Assembly: GCA_963666345.1 (NCBI GenBank)
Contig: OY762721.1
Location: 2,176,001-2,240,000 of the forward strand
Length of the DNA stretch: 64,000 nt
Direction of reading: 5' to 3'
Source: Desulfatiglandales bacterium
GTDB taxonomy: Bacteria > Desulfobacterota > DSM-4660 > Desulfatiglandales > Desulfatiglandaceae
Shown: positions 10,270 to 20,322 of the stretch, piece by piece
Layout: every line of letters begins with the position of its first letter
How positions within the stretch are numbered: the first letter of the stretch is position 1
The notes under the pieces: model-generated
Database searches by the model: none
Told to the model about the DNA's origin: nothing
The model's input: the letters and a program-made list of their open reading frames with translations, nothing else
Position numbers and translations under genes: made by a program

Positions 10270-11946
10270 CTATATGCTTTTACCCGGCTGCTTCCAACCG
10301 CTTATAAGGCCCGGAGTAATGCACATCTTAAGTCTGATATTCTGTCCTGCCCGGTAATAGCCGCGGATCATGTTAAAGACCTGCTGCTCTGTTATGGATA
10401 TCTCAAGTGAGTCAGTATCCGCACCTATCTGGACCGCCCGTTTTCGAAGCTCTTTGTCAGCCAGTTTTATTGCGTCGTTGATATCAAATGTTTGATCGAT
10501 CGGTTTTTCCATGTCCACCTCCGGGATGATTACGGTGCCCCGTTCGGTATCGGCCTGAAGTGTAATCACGGAAGTCACCCTCGCTACAGCAGCACCTACG
10601 GCATTGGCAACCCCGAAATGATCTGGTACTCGCGCAGGAAGGCCGAGCGCCCGTCCTATATAAGGGGCAATCTGAGGAGCAGGTCCGCCTATTATGACAA
10701 CGGCGGAAGGCTTGATTTTTTGCTCTTTGAGCAGATCATTGATGGTATAAAGAGGGGCCGAATTGACGCTTTCCGTAAAGGAGGAGGCAGCTTCCGCAAT
10801 TCCGTAGGCCATAGTTTCAAGGATCCTTTCAGATGTAGAGAGAGGATCAAGGCCGAGCGGTCGCCCGAGATTACCCATGGCATTTATCGCAGCTGTGGCA
10901 TTGCCCTTCTTTAAAAGCCCGAGGGAAACCATGGCATCGGTGGGTGTAGGCCCCGGTCCGCCGAAGGCGATCGGTTTTCCTTGCCGGAAAGGCCCGATTG
11001 AGAAAGAGCCGTCCTTTTCCAGGGTTAGTAGACTATCCCCACCTACCCCGATTGAACGTGTCAGCAGGGAACGAATAAGGGTGGGGTAAGTGCCAAGTTT
11101 TATTCCCCGCCTGTCAAACAGCGGTTCTCCGTCAAGTACAAAGGACATGTCAGTTGTTGTTCCACCGATATCAAGCACCAGAGAGGCCCCCCTGCACCCG
11201 TCAAGTGCGATCGCACCCATTACGCTTGCAGCCGGGCCTGACTGGGCGGTCCTGGCCGGGGCGTAGACACTTTTGTTGAGTTCGAAGGTTCCGCCGTCAG
11301 GTTTAAGGAGATATCGATGGGCGTTAAGGGCCTTTTCGTTCAATATATGTGTAAGTGCACCTAAAAATCTCTTGTGTATCGGAAAAAGGGCCGAGTTAAG
11401 ATAGGTGGTGAATATCCTTCGAGGAAAATTCAGGCTTCCGGAGACCTGATGTCCCATTGCGGCATAAGAAAAATCTTTTGACACCATGTCGGCGATTTTA
11501 AGCTCATGGGCGGGGTTGCGAACCGAAAATTTGCATGCGATCCCTAATACATCAATTCCCTGTTCCTTGATCCTTTTCGAGGCATATCTTACAGCGTCCC
11601 GGTCAATCGGTTCCGCTTCAAAACCCTGGTGGTCGAGACACCCGGTGACGACGTTGTAGCATGGACCCACCGAAAAAGACCGCGGGTCGATTCCGGGACC
11701 GCCGGATACTATCATTCCCGCCCGGTGGAGTCTTTTCTGAACAATGGCGTTTGTAGCCATTGTGGTGGAAAAGACCATCCTTTCAATTTGCGCGGGCCCT
11801 GTGTCAAAAAGCGTCCTGTCCAGGGCTTGTCGAAGGGTATCCAGAAGATTATCGCCCGTAGGGGTCTTAGTGGCGGCTACTACCCCGGTCTCATCTACGA
11901 GCACCGTGTCGGTCTGAGTTCCTCCAACATCAAGGCCCAGTATCAT
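10270..11946 (-). CDS. Hydantoinase/oxoprolinase A-subunit family (ATP-binding) protein
   Basis: GLDVGGTQTD, STTMATNA, SGPAAS, DIGGTTTD, PTPTDA, ANAVGAA. Confidence 0.92.
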   Translation of the reverse strand: MILGLDVGGTQTDTVLVDETGVVAATKTPTGDNLLDTLRQALDRTLFDTGPAQIERMVFSTTMATNAIVQKRLHRAGMIVSGGPGIDPRSFSVGPCYNVVTGCLDHQGFEAEPIDRDAVRYASKRIKEQGIDVLGIACKFSVRNPAHELKIADMVSKDFSYAAMGHQVSGSLNFPRRIFTTYLNSALFPIHKRFLGALTHILNEKALNAHRYLLKPDGGTFELNKSVYAPARTAQSGPAASVMGAIALDGCRGASLVLDIGGTTTDMSFVLDGEPLFDRRGIKLGTYPTLIRSLLTRSIGVGGDSLLTLEKDGSFSIGPFRQGKPIAFGGPGPTPTDAMVSLGLLKKGNATAAINAMGNLGRPLGLDPLSTSERILETMAYGIAEAASSFTESVNSAPLYTINDLLKEQKIKPSAVVIIGGPAPQIAPYIGRALGLPARVPDHFGVANAVGAAVARVTSVITLQADTERGTVIIPEVDMEKPIDQTFDINDAIKLADKELRKRAVQIGADTDSLEISITEQQVFNMIRGYYRAGQNIRLKMCITPGLISGWKQPGKSI

Positions 11947-12221
11947 TTTTCTAATCCTTAATAGGGTGTGTTTTTGAAAATAGGTCTAACAGCGCTATGC
12001 ATAGCCTATACCATGAAGGCCGGGCTTTGGGCAAAGACATATTTTCGATCATCTCCAAAATGGGTGTTTTATAGTGGATTCCATCCTCATTATGCTGCTT
12101 GTGAGCGCAAAATAGAAAATAGAGATGCCTCGGCCGTTCGTTGGCAATACGCTGCGGCCCCTGGAAACTCATTTCTTCGGATGCGTAGCGACCGGTGATA
12201 AAGTGGGGATCTATTGGCAAA

Positions 12222-12250
12222 TTGACATATGAAATGTTTGTGAATATGAT
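12222..12250 (+). promoter_or_regulatory. Sigma70-type promoter for aconitase-icd
   Basis: TTGACA-17 bp-TATGAT. Confidence 0.7.
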
Positions 12251-12359
12251 CTTTTCCCTATTGCCGGGAAACAATATTTTCAGGGCCAAGGGTATCTTGG
12301 CCCGATAAGAGATTAAGTCTATGAGAGATGCGGCCCCAGGGCTGCAAAAAGGAGGTTTC

Positions 12360-14309
12360 ATGAGTTATTCCGAAAATATAGTGGGACAGATCCTTTGCTC
12401 CCATCTTAAGGAGGGCAGTCTCAATCCGGGAGAGGAAATAGGGATCGCGGTAGATCAGACACTTACCCAGGATGCGACAGGCACCCTCGTATATCTTGAG
12501 GTTATGGCCCTTGATGTTAAAAAAATTCGTACCAGACTGTCAGTGTCATACGCGGATCACAATATACTTCAAACAGGATGTGAAAATGCGGATGATCATC
12601 TTTTTCTGCGTACTGCCGCCGCCAGATTCGGGGCGTTTTTCTCCAAACCGGGAAACGGTATCTGCCATCAGGTGCACCTGGAACGATTCGGGGAGCCCGG
12701 GGGGACACTCTTGGGGGCCGACAGTCACACGCCCACGGCCGGAGGCCTCGGGATGCTGGCAATGGGGGCGGGAGGTATGGATGTGGCCCTTGCCATGGTG
12801 ACAGGGCTCTTTCACATGGCGGTTCCAAAGGTTCTCAAGGTTGAATTGACCGGCAAGCTTCCGCCATGGGTGGGTGCCAAGGATGTTATCCTGGAGGTTT
12901 TGCGTCGTATGTCCGTTAAGGGAGGGCTTGGTTGGGCAATAGAGTACGGGGGGGCCGGGGTGGCCACCCTTAGCGTCCCTGAAAGAGCGACCATAACCAA
13001 TATGGGAGCCGAGCTGGGGGCATGGACCTCTGTGTTTCCGTCAGATGAAAACACGCGTGCCTTTTTAAGGGCACAGGATAGAGAGGATGCATGGGCCCCT
13101 GTTTCAGCAGGCAGCGGGGCATCCTATGACGGTGAGATATGCATTGATCTGTCATCTCTTGAACCCCTCGTCGCCTGCCCTTCCAGCCCTGATGCCGTGG
13201 TTCCTGTAAGGGAGCTTGAAGGCAACCCTGTTGATCAGGTAGCGGTCGGAAGCTGCACCAATTCATCATATGGAGACATGCATATTGTTGCTCAGCTTCT
13301 GAAAGGAAAAACTGTGCCTCCTGATGTAAGCCTGGTAGTATCTCCCGGGTCAAGACAGGTTATGAGCATGCTCGCCAGTGAAGGATCCCTGGCAGATATG
13401 GTGCAGGCGGGGGCCCGTATACTGGAGGTGGCCTGCGGACCATGTATCGGAATGGGCCAGGCACCAAGGTCAGGCGGAGTAAGCCTGCGCACATTCAACA
13501 GGAATTTCCCAGGCCGAAGTGGAACGGCTGACGCCCGGGTCTATCTGGCCGGGCCGCAGGTAGCGGTCGCTACCGCCTTATCCGGCAGGTTTACAGATCC
13601 AAGGACACTCGGGGATGCTCCAGAGGTATCTTTGCCTGAGAGGTATCCGGTTCTGGACAATATGATAATTGCCCCTTCTGAAGATCCTGAAAGTGTTTCC
13701 ATAGAAATGGGTCCTAATATAAAGCCTGTTCCAGTTAAAGAGGCCCTGCCCGATGAAATGGTTCTGGATGTACTTATCAAGACCGGTGATAATATTACAA
13801 CGGATGACATTACTCCGGGCGGTGCCAAGGTACTGCCCCTCAGGTCAAATCTTCCGGCCCTTTCCGAATTTGTATTTTCTCTATATGATCCTGACTTTGT
13901 TTCAAGGGCAAAGGCCTCAAAGGCCGGTGTTATCGTGGGTGGAGAGAATTACGGTCAGGGTTCAAGCCGGGAGCATGCAGCCCTTGCCCCTGCCTATCTG
14001 GGAGTGAACATGGTGCTCGCCCTTTCATTTACAAGGCTTCACAGGGCAAACCTTATCAACTTCGGCCTCCTGCCGGTGGTTATAGGCAAAGAAGACTACG
14101 AAAGGGTTGAACAGGGAGACAGAATCGTCTGTTCGAACTTAAGGGGTTGTGTAAGAGACAGTAACGAGTTGAAGGTAACGATTCCTGGAAAGGATATCGA
14201 GATCATCGGACAGCTGGAACTGTCCACAAGGGAAAGAAGTATCCTGCTGGCAGGAGGAAGGCTTAACCATACAAAGGAAATTTTGAAGGAGCGTGATACA
14301 GATGAATGA
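12360..14309 (+). CDS. Aconitate hydratase (short, about 650 aa type)
   Basis: [51 protein letters not shown] before ATG 12360; overlaps icd. Confidence 0.9.
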   Translation: MSYSENIVGQILCSHLKEGSLNPGEEIGIAVDQTLTQDATGTLVYLEVMALDVKKIRTRLSVSYADHNILQTGCENADDHLFLRTAAARFGAFFSKPGNGICHQVHLERFGEPGGTLLGADSHTPTAGGLGMLAMGAGGMDVALAMVTGLFHMAVPKVLKVELTGKLPPWVGAKDVILEVLRRMSVKGGLGWAIEYGGAGVATLSVPERATITNMGAELGAWTSVFPSDENTRAFLRAQDREDAWAPVSAGSGASYDGEICIDLSSLEPLVACPSSPDAVVPVRELEGNPVDQVAVGSCTNSSYGDMHIVAQLLKGKTVPPDVSLVVSPGSRQVMSMLASEGSLADMVQAGARILEVACGPCIGMGQAPRSGGVSLRTFNRNFPGRSGTADARVYLAGPQVAVATALSGRFTDPRTLGDAPEVSLPERYPVLDNMIIAPSEDPESVSIEMGPNIKPVPVKEALPDEMVLDVLIKTGDNITTDDITPGGAKVLPLRSNLPALSEFVFSLYDPDFVSRAKASKAGVIVGGENYGQGSSREHAALAPAYLGVNMVLALSFTRLHRANLINFGLLPVVIGKEDYERVEQGDRIVCSNLRGCVRDSNELKVTIPGKDIEIIGQLELSTRERSILLAGGRLNHTKEILKERDTDE

Positions 14310-15573
14310 GCCGCAAAAAGAGAGAAATTCGACCGGTCATGGCATCTCCTGGGGTGAAAAGGGAGAGCCGATCGTCCCTTCAGATCCGGTCATCCCTTTT
14401 ATTGAGGGCGACGGCATCGGTCCTGATATCTGGTATGCTGCAAGGATGGTGCTCGACTCAGCGGTAAAGGTCGGTTATCAGGGAGTTAGAAAAATAGAAT
14501 GGATTGAGGTTTTTGCTGGTGAAAAGGCCCAGCAGATCTACGGACAGGACAATCCGCTTCCAAAGGAAACCCTGGATGCAATCTCTCGATTCGGCGTGGC
14601 AATAAAAGGGCCTCTCACGACTCCGGTGGGAGGCGGATTCAGATCGCTAAATGTTGCCCTGAGGCAGGCCCTGGATCTGTACGCCTGTGTCCGTCCGGTA
14701 AAATACTATAAGGGGGTGCCTGCACCTGTGAGCCATCCTGAGAGGGTCGATGTCGTCATATACAGGGAAAACACTGAAGATGTCTATGCCGGAATAGAAT
14801 GGCGGGGTGGAAGCTCCGGGGCCCTCGAGGTGCTCAAGGTGGTAAACCGTCTGCTCGGGGCAGAGGGTAAGACCGCTGTTTCCTCCGACAGTGCCATAGG
14901 AATAAAGCCTATGAGCGAAGTCAACACCAGGAGGCTTGTGCGAAGGGCAATAAGGTGCGCCCTTGAACAGAACAGGGAAAGCGTTACTCTTGTGCACAAG
15001 GGTAATATCATGAAATACACTGAAGGGGCATTCAGGGACTGGGGCTATAAGGTCGCAAAAGAGGAATTCAGAGACTTGACGATTTCAGAAAAAGACCTTT
15101 TTGAAAGGTACGATGGTAAAAGACCTGATGGTATTGTTGTGATCAAGGACCGCATAGCAGATGCCATGTTCCAGCAACTACTGCTTCGACCTGAAGAATA
15201 TGACGTTATCGCAGCCCCTAATCTCAACGGCGATTATCTCTCGGATGCGGCTGCCGCCCAAGTGGGAGGGCTCGGCATGGCTCCCGGGGCGAACATCGGA
15301 GACCGTTGCGCCCTTTTTGAGGCAACCCACGGCACCGCTCCAAAATATGCGGGCATGGACAAGGTGAATCCTGGTTCCCTCATCCTTTCCGGTGTTGAGA
15401 TGCTTCGTTTTATGGGTTGGAAAGATGCCGCGGATCTGATCGTGTCGGCCATGACCGAGACTATCGCCCAGGGTATTGTCACATACGATCTTGCCAGACA
15501 GTTAAAAGGGAGCCGGGAGGTAAAATGCTCTCGGTTTGCCTCGGCGATCTGTGAGAATATGGGGAAAAAATAG
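14302..15573 (+). CDS. icd: NADP-dependent isocitrate dehydrogenase
   Basis: [39 protein letters not shown]. Confidence 0.95.
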   Translation: MNEPQKERNSTGHGISWGEKGEPIVPSDPVIPFIEGDGIGPDIWYAARMVLDSAVKVGYQGVRKIEWIEVFAGEKAQQIYGQDNPLPKETLDAISRFGVAIKGPLTTPVGGGFRSLNVALRQALDLYACVRPVKYYKGVPAPVSHPERVDVVIYRENTEDVYAGIEWRGGSSGALEVLKVVNRLLGAEGKTAVSSDSAIGIKPMSEVNTRRLVRRAIRCALEQNRESVTLVHKGNIMKYTEGAFRDWGYKVAKEEFRDLTISEKDLFERYDGKRPDGIVVIKDRIADAMFQQLLLRPEEYDVIAAPNLNGDYLSDAAAAQVGGLGMAPGANIGDRCALFEATHGTAPKYAGMDKVNPGSLILSGVEMLRFMGWKDAADLIVSAMTETIAQGIVTYDLARQLKGSREVKCSRFASAICENMGKK

Positions 15574-15609
15574 GTTCAGGCGCAAGATTTTTTTACGGTT
15601 ACGCCGGAC

Positions 15610-16971
15610 CTATCTGGTCCATTCAAAATCGCGCTCCATCGGGCCAAGGAATTCGGATTCGAAGGTTTCCGATTCCTTTGGTGCCAGTCTTTGGCTCCTG
15701 GGCACGTAATCCCTTTTCTTGAGCCCTATGTATAGCTGCCTCGGTCGATTAAGCTTTGATTCCTCTTCATCGAGGCTTTCTTTCCACTGGCTTATCCATC
15801 CGGGAAGCCGCCCTATGGCAAACATGACGGGAAACATGTTGACAGGTATGCCCATGGCGCTTAATACGATTCCGCTGTAAAAGTCGACATTTGGATAAAG
15901 GCTGTGTTCCTTGAAATATGGGTCGTTCAATGCCGTTTCTTCAAGCCTCTGGGCTATCTCAAGGAGCGGGTCGTGGCGTTTGAGCTTTCTGAGTACCTTG
16001 CCGCACATCTCTTTCATGATTCGCGCCCTGGGATCATAGTTTTTGTAGACCCTGTGCCCGAAACCCATAAGCCGAAATGGATCGGTTTTGTCCTTGGCTC
16101 TTTTGATGTACGGGGCCGGGTCGCCTCCATTTGCGTGAATCTCCGTGAGCATTTCAATCACCGCCTGGTTGGCTCCTCCGTGAAGAGGTCCCCATAAGGC
16201 GCAGATGCCTGCTGAAATGGCTGCGTAGAGGTTTACCCTTGCACTTCCGACTACTCTAACCGCTGCAGTGGAGCAGTTCTGCTCATGCTCGGCGTGAAGT
16301 ATCCAGAAGACGTTAAGGGCCCTTATCATGTCATCGTCAAGCTCGTAAGGCCTGACAGGAGAATCAAACATCATGTTCAGAAAATTGGCGCAGTAGCTGA
16401 GGTCATGTCTGGGATATACAACCTTGTGACCCCTGGAGATCTTGTAGGACATGGCAGCCATGGTTCTGAGTTTGGAAAGAAGCCTTGCAAAGGTTATCCT
16501 TATCTCCTCGTCATGATTCCTCTCTCTCAGTTCGGGGTAAAATGCCCTGAGCGCATTTACCATTGATGAGAGTATCCCCATGGGGTGCGCCCTTCTGGGA
16601 AAACTCTCGAAAAACTCTCTCATATCCTCATGTACGAGAGAGTGGTCGTTCAAAAGGGATGAAAAGGCCCTCAAGGCAGGTATGGAAGGCAGCTCTCCTG
16701 TTATAAGAAGATATGATGTCTCGACAAAACTTGATTTATCGGCCAGCTGCTCAACCGGAATTCCTCTGTATCTCAGTATGCCTTTTTCACCATCAAGGAA
16801 AGTTATGCTGCTTCTGCAGCTGCCGGTGTTTGCAAATCCCGGGTCAAGGGTGATGAGGCCGGTCTTTTTACGAAGGCAACTTATGTCTATGGCCTTCTCA
16901 CCTTCGGAACCGGTGATTATGGGCAGTTCATAGGTTTTTCCTTCAATGGTCAGTTTTGCGATTTTTTCCAT
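15610..16971 (-). CDS. gltA: Citrate synthase (Si type)
   Basis: DPGFANT, HAEHEQN, GPLHGGAN, GFGHRVYK, YPNVDFYSG. Confidence 0.95.
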   Translation of the reverse strand: MEKIAKLTIEGKTYELPIITGSEGEKAIDISCLRKKTGLITLDPGFANTGSCRSSITFLDGEKGILRYRGIPVEQLADKSSFVETSYLLITGELPSIPALRAFSSLLNDHSLVHEDMREFFESFPRRAHPMGILSSMVNALRAFYPELRERNHDEEIRITFARLLSKLRTMAAMSYKISRGHKVVYPRHDLSYCANFLNMMFDSPVRPYELDDDMIRALNVFWILHAEHEQNCSTAAVRVVGSARVNLYAAISAGICALWGPLHGGANQAVIEMLTEIHANGGDPAPYIKRAKDKTDPFRLMGFGHRVYKNYDPRARIMKEMCGKVLRKLKRHDPLLEIAQRLEETALNDPYFKEHSLYPNVDFYSGIVLSAMGIPVNMFPVMFAIGRLPGWISQWKESLDEEESKLNRPRQLYIGLKKRDYVPRSQRLAPKESETFESEFLGPMERDFEWTR

Positions 16972-17005
16972 CCCTTTTCACCTCTTATTATCAAATAAAC
17001 CTCAT

Positions 17006-17014
17006 ATTATATCA
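17006..17014 (-). promoter_or_regulatory. Extended -10 promoter for gltA
   Basis: TGATATAAT (TGnTATAAT) on the minus strand about 35 bp upstream of the ATG. Confidence 0.45.
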
Positions 17015-17228
17015 GATATTTTTCTTTTCGCCCAGCAAAAAGTCAAGAAGCGGGCTTTATCGGAATGTCAGGATGGATGCCGGTATTGAGGGATAAATAA
17101 AATCCAAGGTCATGGTTGATTGCACCTGAATTAGGTTGTGAATTCGGGTGATTAAAGAATGTTTGATTTTATCAAAAAAATTTGATATTAATAAAATGTG
17201 TGCAGGATATTATCATGGAGGGAATATA

Positions 17229-17831
17229 ATGCACCAGGGCATGGACATCCACAGTGAGGTCAAAGCCCTTGATCTGGGAAGCCGGATAAGGCGGCTCAGA
17301 TTGAAAAAGGGCTTGACCCTAAAAGAGGTATCATTTCTGACGGGACTTTCAACACCACTCCTTTCTCAGGTAGAGAACAATATCGCTTCACCACCCATTG
17401 CAACACTCTTAAAGATATCAAAGGCCCTGGAGGTAACCATAGGCTATTTTTTTCAGGAATGGGGATCTGCTGACAGGATAGTGCTGGTGCGAAGGGAAGA
17501 CCGCAATGAAACCATGCTCAGGATTCACGAAGAGGCCTCAGTCGTGGGTTATAGGTATGAATCTCTGGCGTATCCCAGACCGGATAAGCACATGGAGCCG
17601 TTTGTAGTGGAGGTTGAGCCAAGAGAAGAAAATGACATGGTATTTTATAATCACAGGGGAGAAGAGTTTCTCTTTGTCCTTGACGGTGAAATGGAGTTCA
17701 GGGGATCGGACAAGGTTTTAGTGCTTGGCAAGGGAGACAGCCTCTATTTTGATTCCCATATACCTCATGCCTTGAGAGGGCTTAAGGGAAAAAAGGCCAG
17801 TGTGCTGTCTGTTATCTATGGCCCCGGGTAA
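17229..17831 (+). CDS. XRE-family HTH / cupin transcriptional regulator
   Basis: LGSRIRRLR..LSQVENN HTH, then MEPF..HRGEEFLFVLDG..GDSLYFDSHIPH cupin; GGAGG before ATG 17229. Confidence 0.9.
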   Translation: MHQGMDIHSEVKALDLGSRIRRLRLKKGLTLKEVSFLTGLSTPLLSQVENNIASPPIATLLKISKALEVTIGYFFQEWGSADRIVLVRREDRNETMLRIHEEASVVGYRYESLAYPRPDKHMEPFVVEVEPREENDMVFYNHRGEEFLFVLDGEMEFRGSDKVLVLGKGDSLYFDSHIPHALRGLKGKKASVLSVIYGPG

Positions 17832-17907
17832 AGGCTTTTTTTTAAATGCAGAGGTAAGGGATTTTTGCTCAAGCCGGTGTGCCGAAAAGCGATAGAGGAG
17901 TGCTTTT

Positions 17908-18465
17908 ATGGAAGAAATCCGATTTCATGGAAGAGGTGGGCAGGGAGCCGTGATAGGTTCGGAAGTCCTGGCCCATGCATTTTTTCTAGAAGGAAAATAT
18001 GTTCAGGCATTTCCGGCCTTTGGGGTAGAAAGACGCGGCGCCCCGGTCACGGCCTTCTGTCGAACTGATGAGGCCCATATCAATTTGCGTAACCAGATAT
18101 ATGAGCCTGATCATATAATCGTGCTTGATTCTAAACTTCTTGTGACGGCAGGAGTTACTCAGGGGCTTAAGAACGGTGGAGCCGTAATCGTAAACGGCAA
18201 AAAGGGCGCGGAATTTTACAGAGACATCGTAGGGAAAAGTTACGGACTCTATGTCGTGGATGCGGCCTCGATTGCGGTTGAGCACGGTCTTGGATCACCG
18301 CAGAACCCTATTGTGAACACTGCAATACTCGGGGCGTTTTCAAGGGCTACAGGTCTTGTTTTAATAGAATCGGTCGAAGAGGCGATAAAAGAGTGTGTCC
18401 TTGTGAAGAGGGGGAAAAATATACTGGCAGCACGTGCTGCGTTTGAAAGGGTTGTAAAGGGATAA
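17908..18465 (+). CDS. 2-oxoacid:acceptor oxidoreductase gamma subunit
   Basis: [29 protein letters not shown]. Confidence 0.93.
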   Translation: MEEIRFHGRGGQGAVIGSEVLAHAFFLEGKYVQAFPAFGVERRGAPVTAFCRTDEAHINLRNQIYEPDHIIVLDSKLLVTAGVTQGLKNGGAVIVNGKKGAEFYRDIVGKSYGLYVVDAASIAVEHGLGSPQNPIVNTAILGAFSRATGLVLIESVEEAIKECVLVKRGKNILAARAAFERVVKG

Positions 18466-18495
18466 GTCTTTCTTCACCTAAAGGGGATAGGATAG

Positions 18496-20322
18496 ATGAA
18501 GTTACCTAAGCGAAGCTTAATGGCAAGGCAATATGCCTTCAATTCCTGGAAGGACTTCAGCGAACGGAACATTTCCATCGGAACCATGCTGCACAACACC
18601 ACGGGAACCTGGCGGTTCGTAAAGCCGGTATATGAAGACAAGATTCCCGCCTGCCAGAATGCCTGCCCTGCAGGCAATGATATCGAGGGATGGATAAGAC
18701 TTCTTCAGAAAGGAGAAGAGGAAAAGGCGTACTGGCATCTAAGGCGTGAACAGCCTTTTCCGAGCATCCTTGGACGGGTCTGTTTTAAATTCTGTGAAAA
18801 CCGGTGCAATCGAAATATTCTGGATGCCACGGTCGGCATAAAAGAACTGGAGCGCTATGTGGGAGATCTTTTCCCTCAACAGACGCCCTATCCGCATCTG
18901 CCTCCGTACCACGGTAAGAGCATTGCCGTTGTGGGTTCCGGACCCGCGGGTATGAGCGCGGCTTATTATGGAAGGGTATTGGGATTTCATGTTACGATTT
19001 TTGAATCCCTTCCATTTCTCGGAGGGGTCCTGAGGACCGGTATTCCTAATTATCGCCTGCCGAGGGGTATCGTGGACTTGCAATTCCAGGAATTTAAGGA
19101 CATGGGGATAGAACTACGTCCCGAAACGGGAGTGGGAGAAAAGGTCTTCTTAAAACAGCTTTTGAGGGATTATGACTATCTTTTTCTCGCAACCGGGCTT
19201 CACAGGTCTTTTGATTTGAAGGTAAAGGGAGAGGGGTTCGGCCCCGGGATCATTAGCGGCCTGGAAATGCTTGGCAAGATCGCAGGCGGCGAATCACCCG
19301 GCCTTGGAAGGCATGTGGCTGTTATCGGAGGGGGGAATACCGCGATTGATGCGGCAAGAAGTGCCGTACGTCTTGGATGCCATGTTACGGTCATTTACCG
19401 GAGAGGCGAAACAGAGATGCCTGCCCATGCCGAGGAGGTTGAAGAGGCCAGACAAGAAGGGGTTGAATTTAGATTCCTTGCCGCTCCTGAAGGCATTGAT
19501 TGCAGTCGGGACGGAAGAATCTCGGGTCTCAGATGTTCTGAAATGGAACTGGGTGAGCCGGATGAAAGCGGGCGAAGGAGGCCTTTAAGGAAGGAATGCC
19601 CCGGATTTGAACTGAAGGCTGAAACTATCATTAAGGCTGTCGGAGAAGGCCCGGAGTTTGAATATCTCGGAGGGCTGGTCAATCCTGATGAGTTGACGGC
19701 GGGATTGGAAAAAGGCCTGCAGCCGGAGCTGGAGGATGGCGATGCCGGAAAGATCTTCGGCGGGGGAGATATCTCAGGCCCCGATCACACGGTTGTTCAT
19801 GCGGTTGCATCAGGGAAAAGGGGTGCAATCGCAATCGACTGCGACAGAAGGGGTGTGATCCTTGAAGATGTACTTAATCATATCAGAATCGGTAATGGCC
19901 ATGCCTTGAGTTTTTCAAGTTATATGGGATGGAAACCTGTAAACCGGGTCAGGCAGGATCCTCACGCGGTGGTGGATTCGAAACGCATGGTTTACGAGTA
20001 TTTTGAGAAGGCCCCTCAGGTAACTATTGAGTCTTTGGATCCATCCGTAAGAATAACGTCTTTTGAGCCTTACCGGAGTACTTATTCATCGGATGAGGCC
20101 TTTTATGAGGCATCCCGCTGCATGCACTGCGGAAGATGTACGGAGTGCGATAACTGTCTGATCTTCTGCCCGGATATCTCAGTCCTGTGCAGGGATGAAG
20201 GGGAATTCGGATATTACATTGATTATGATTACTGCAAGGGATGCGGGATATGTTTTGCTGAATGCCCGCGAAATGCCATCTCAATGGTGGATGAAGAGGA
20301 AGAAATGGGAGAGGAGGATTAA
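18496..20322 (+). CDS. Delta (2x4Fe-4S) subunit fused with a GltD/NfnB-like FAD/NAD(P)H oxidoreductase
   Basis: N-terminal NTTGTWRFVKPV, CQNACP, GRVC..FCE..C, GSGPAG, GGGNTAIDAA, YRR, C-terminal CTECDNCLIFCPD and YDYCKGCGICFAECP. Confidence 0.85.
   Translation: MKLPKRSLMARQYAFNSWKDFSERNISIGTMLHNTTGTWRFVKPVYEDKIPACQNACPAGNDIEGWIRLLQKGEEEKAYWHLRREQPFPSILGRVCFKFCENRCNRNILDATVGIKELERYVGDLFPQQTPYPHLPPYHGKSIAVVGSGPAGMSAAYYGRVLGFHVTIFESLPFLGGVLRTGIPNYRLPRGIVDLQFQEFKDMGIELRPETGVGEKVFLKQLLRDYDYLFLATGLHRSFDLKVKGEGFGPGIISGLEMLGKIAGGESPGLGRHVAVIGGGNTAIDAARSAVRLGCHVTVIYRRGETEMPAHAEEVEEARQEGVEFRFLAAPEGIDCSRDGRISGLRCSEMELGEPDESGRRRPLRKECPGFELKAETIIKAVGEGPEFEYLGGLVNPDELTAGLEKGLQPELEDGDAGKIFGGGDISGPDHTVVHAVASGKRGAIAIDCDRRGVILEDVLNHIRIGNGHALSFSSYMGWKPVNRVRQDPHAVVDSKRMVYEYFEKAPQVTIESLDPSVRITSFEPYRSTYSSDEAFYEASRCMHCGRCTECDNCLIFCPDISVLCRDEGEFGYYIDYDYCKGCGICFAECPRNAISMVDEEEEMGEED

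Noticed and set aside
11951..12361. 136-aa ORF upstream of the hydantoinase, considered as a YcaO substrate or partner
   Set aside because: Crosses the aconitase promoter and RBS, has no RBS or motif of its own, and does not look like a precursor peptide.
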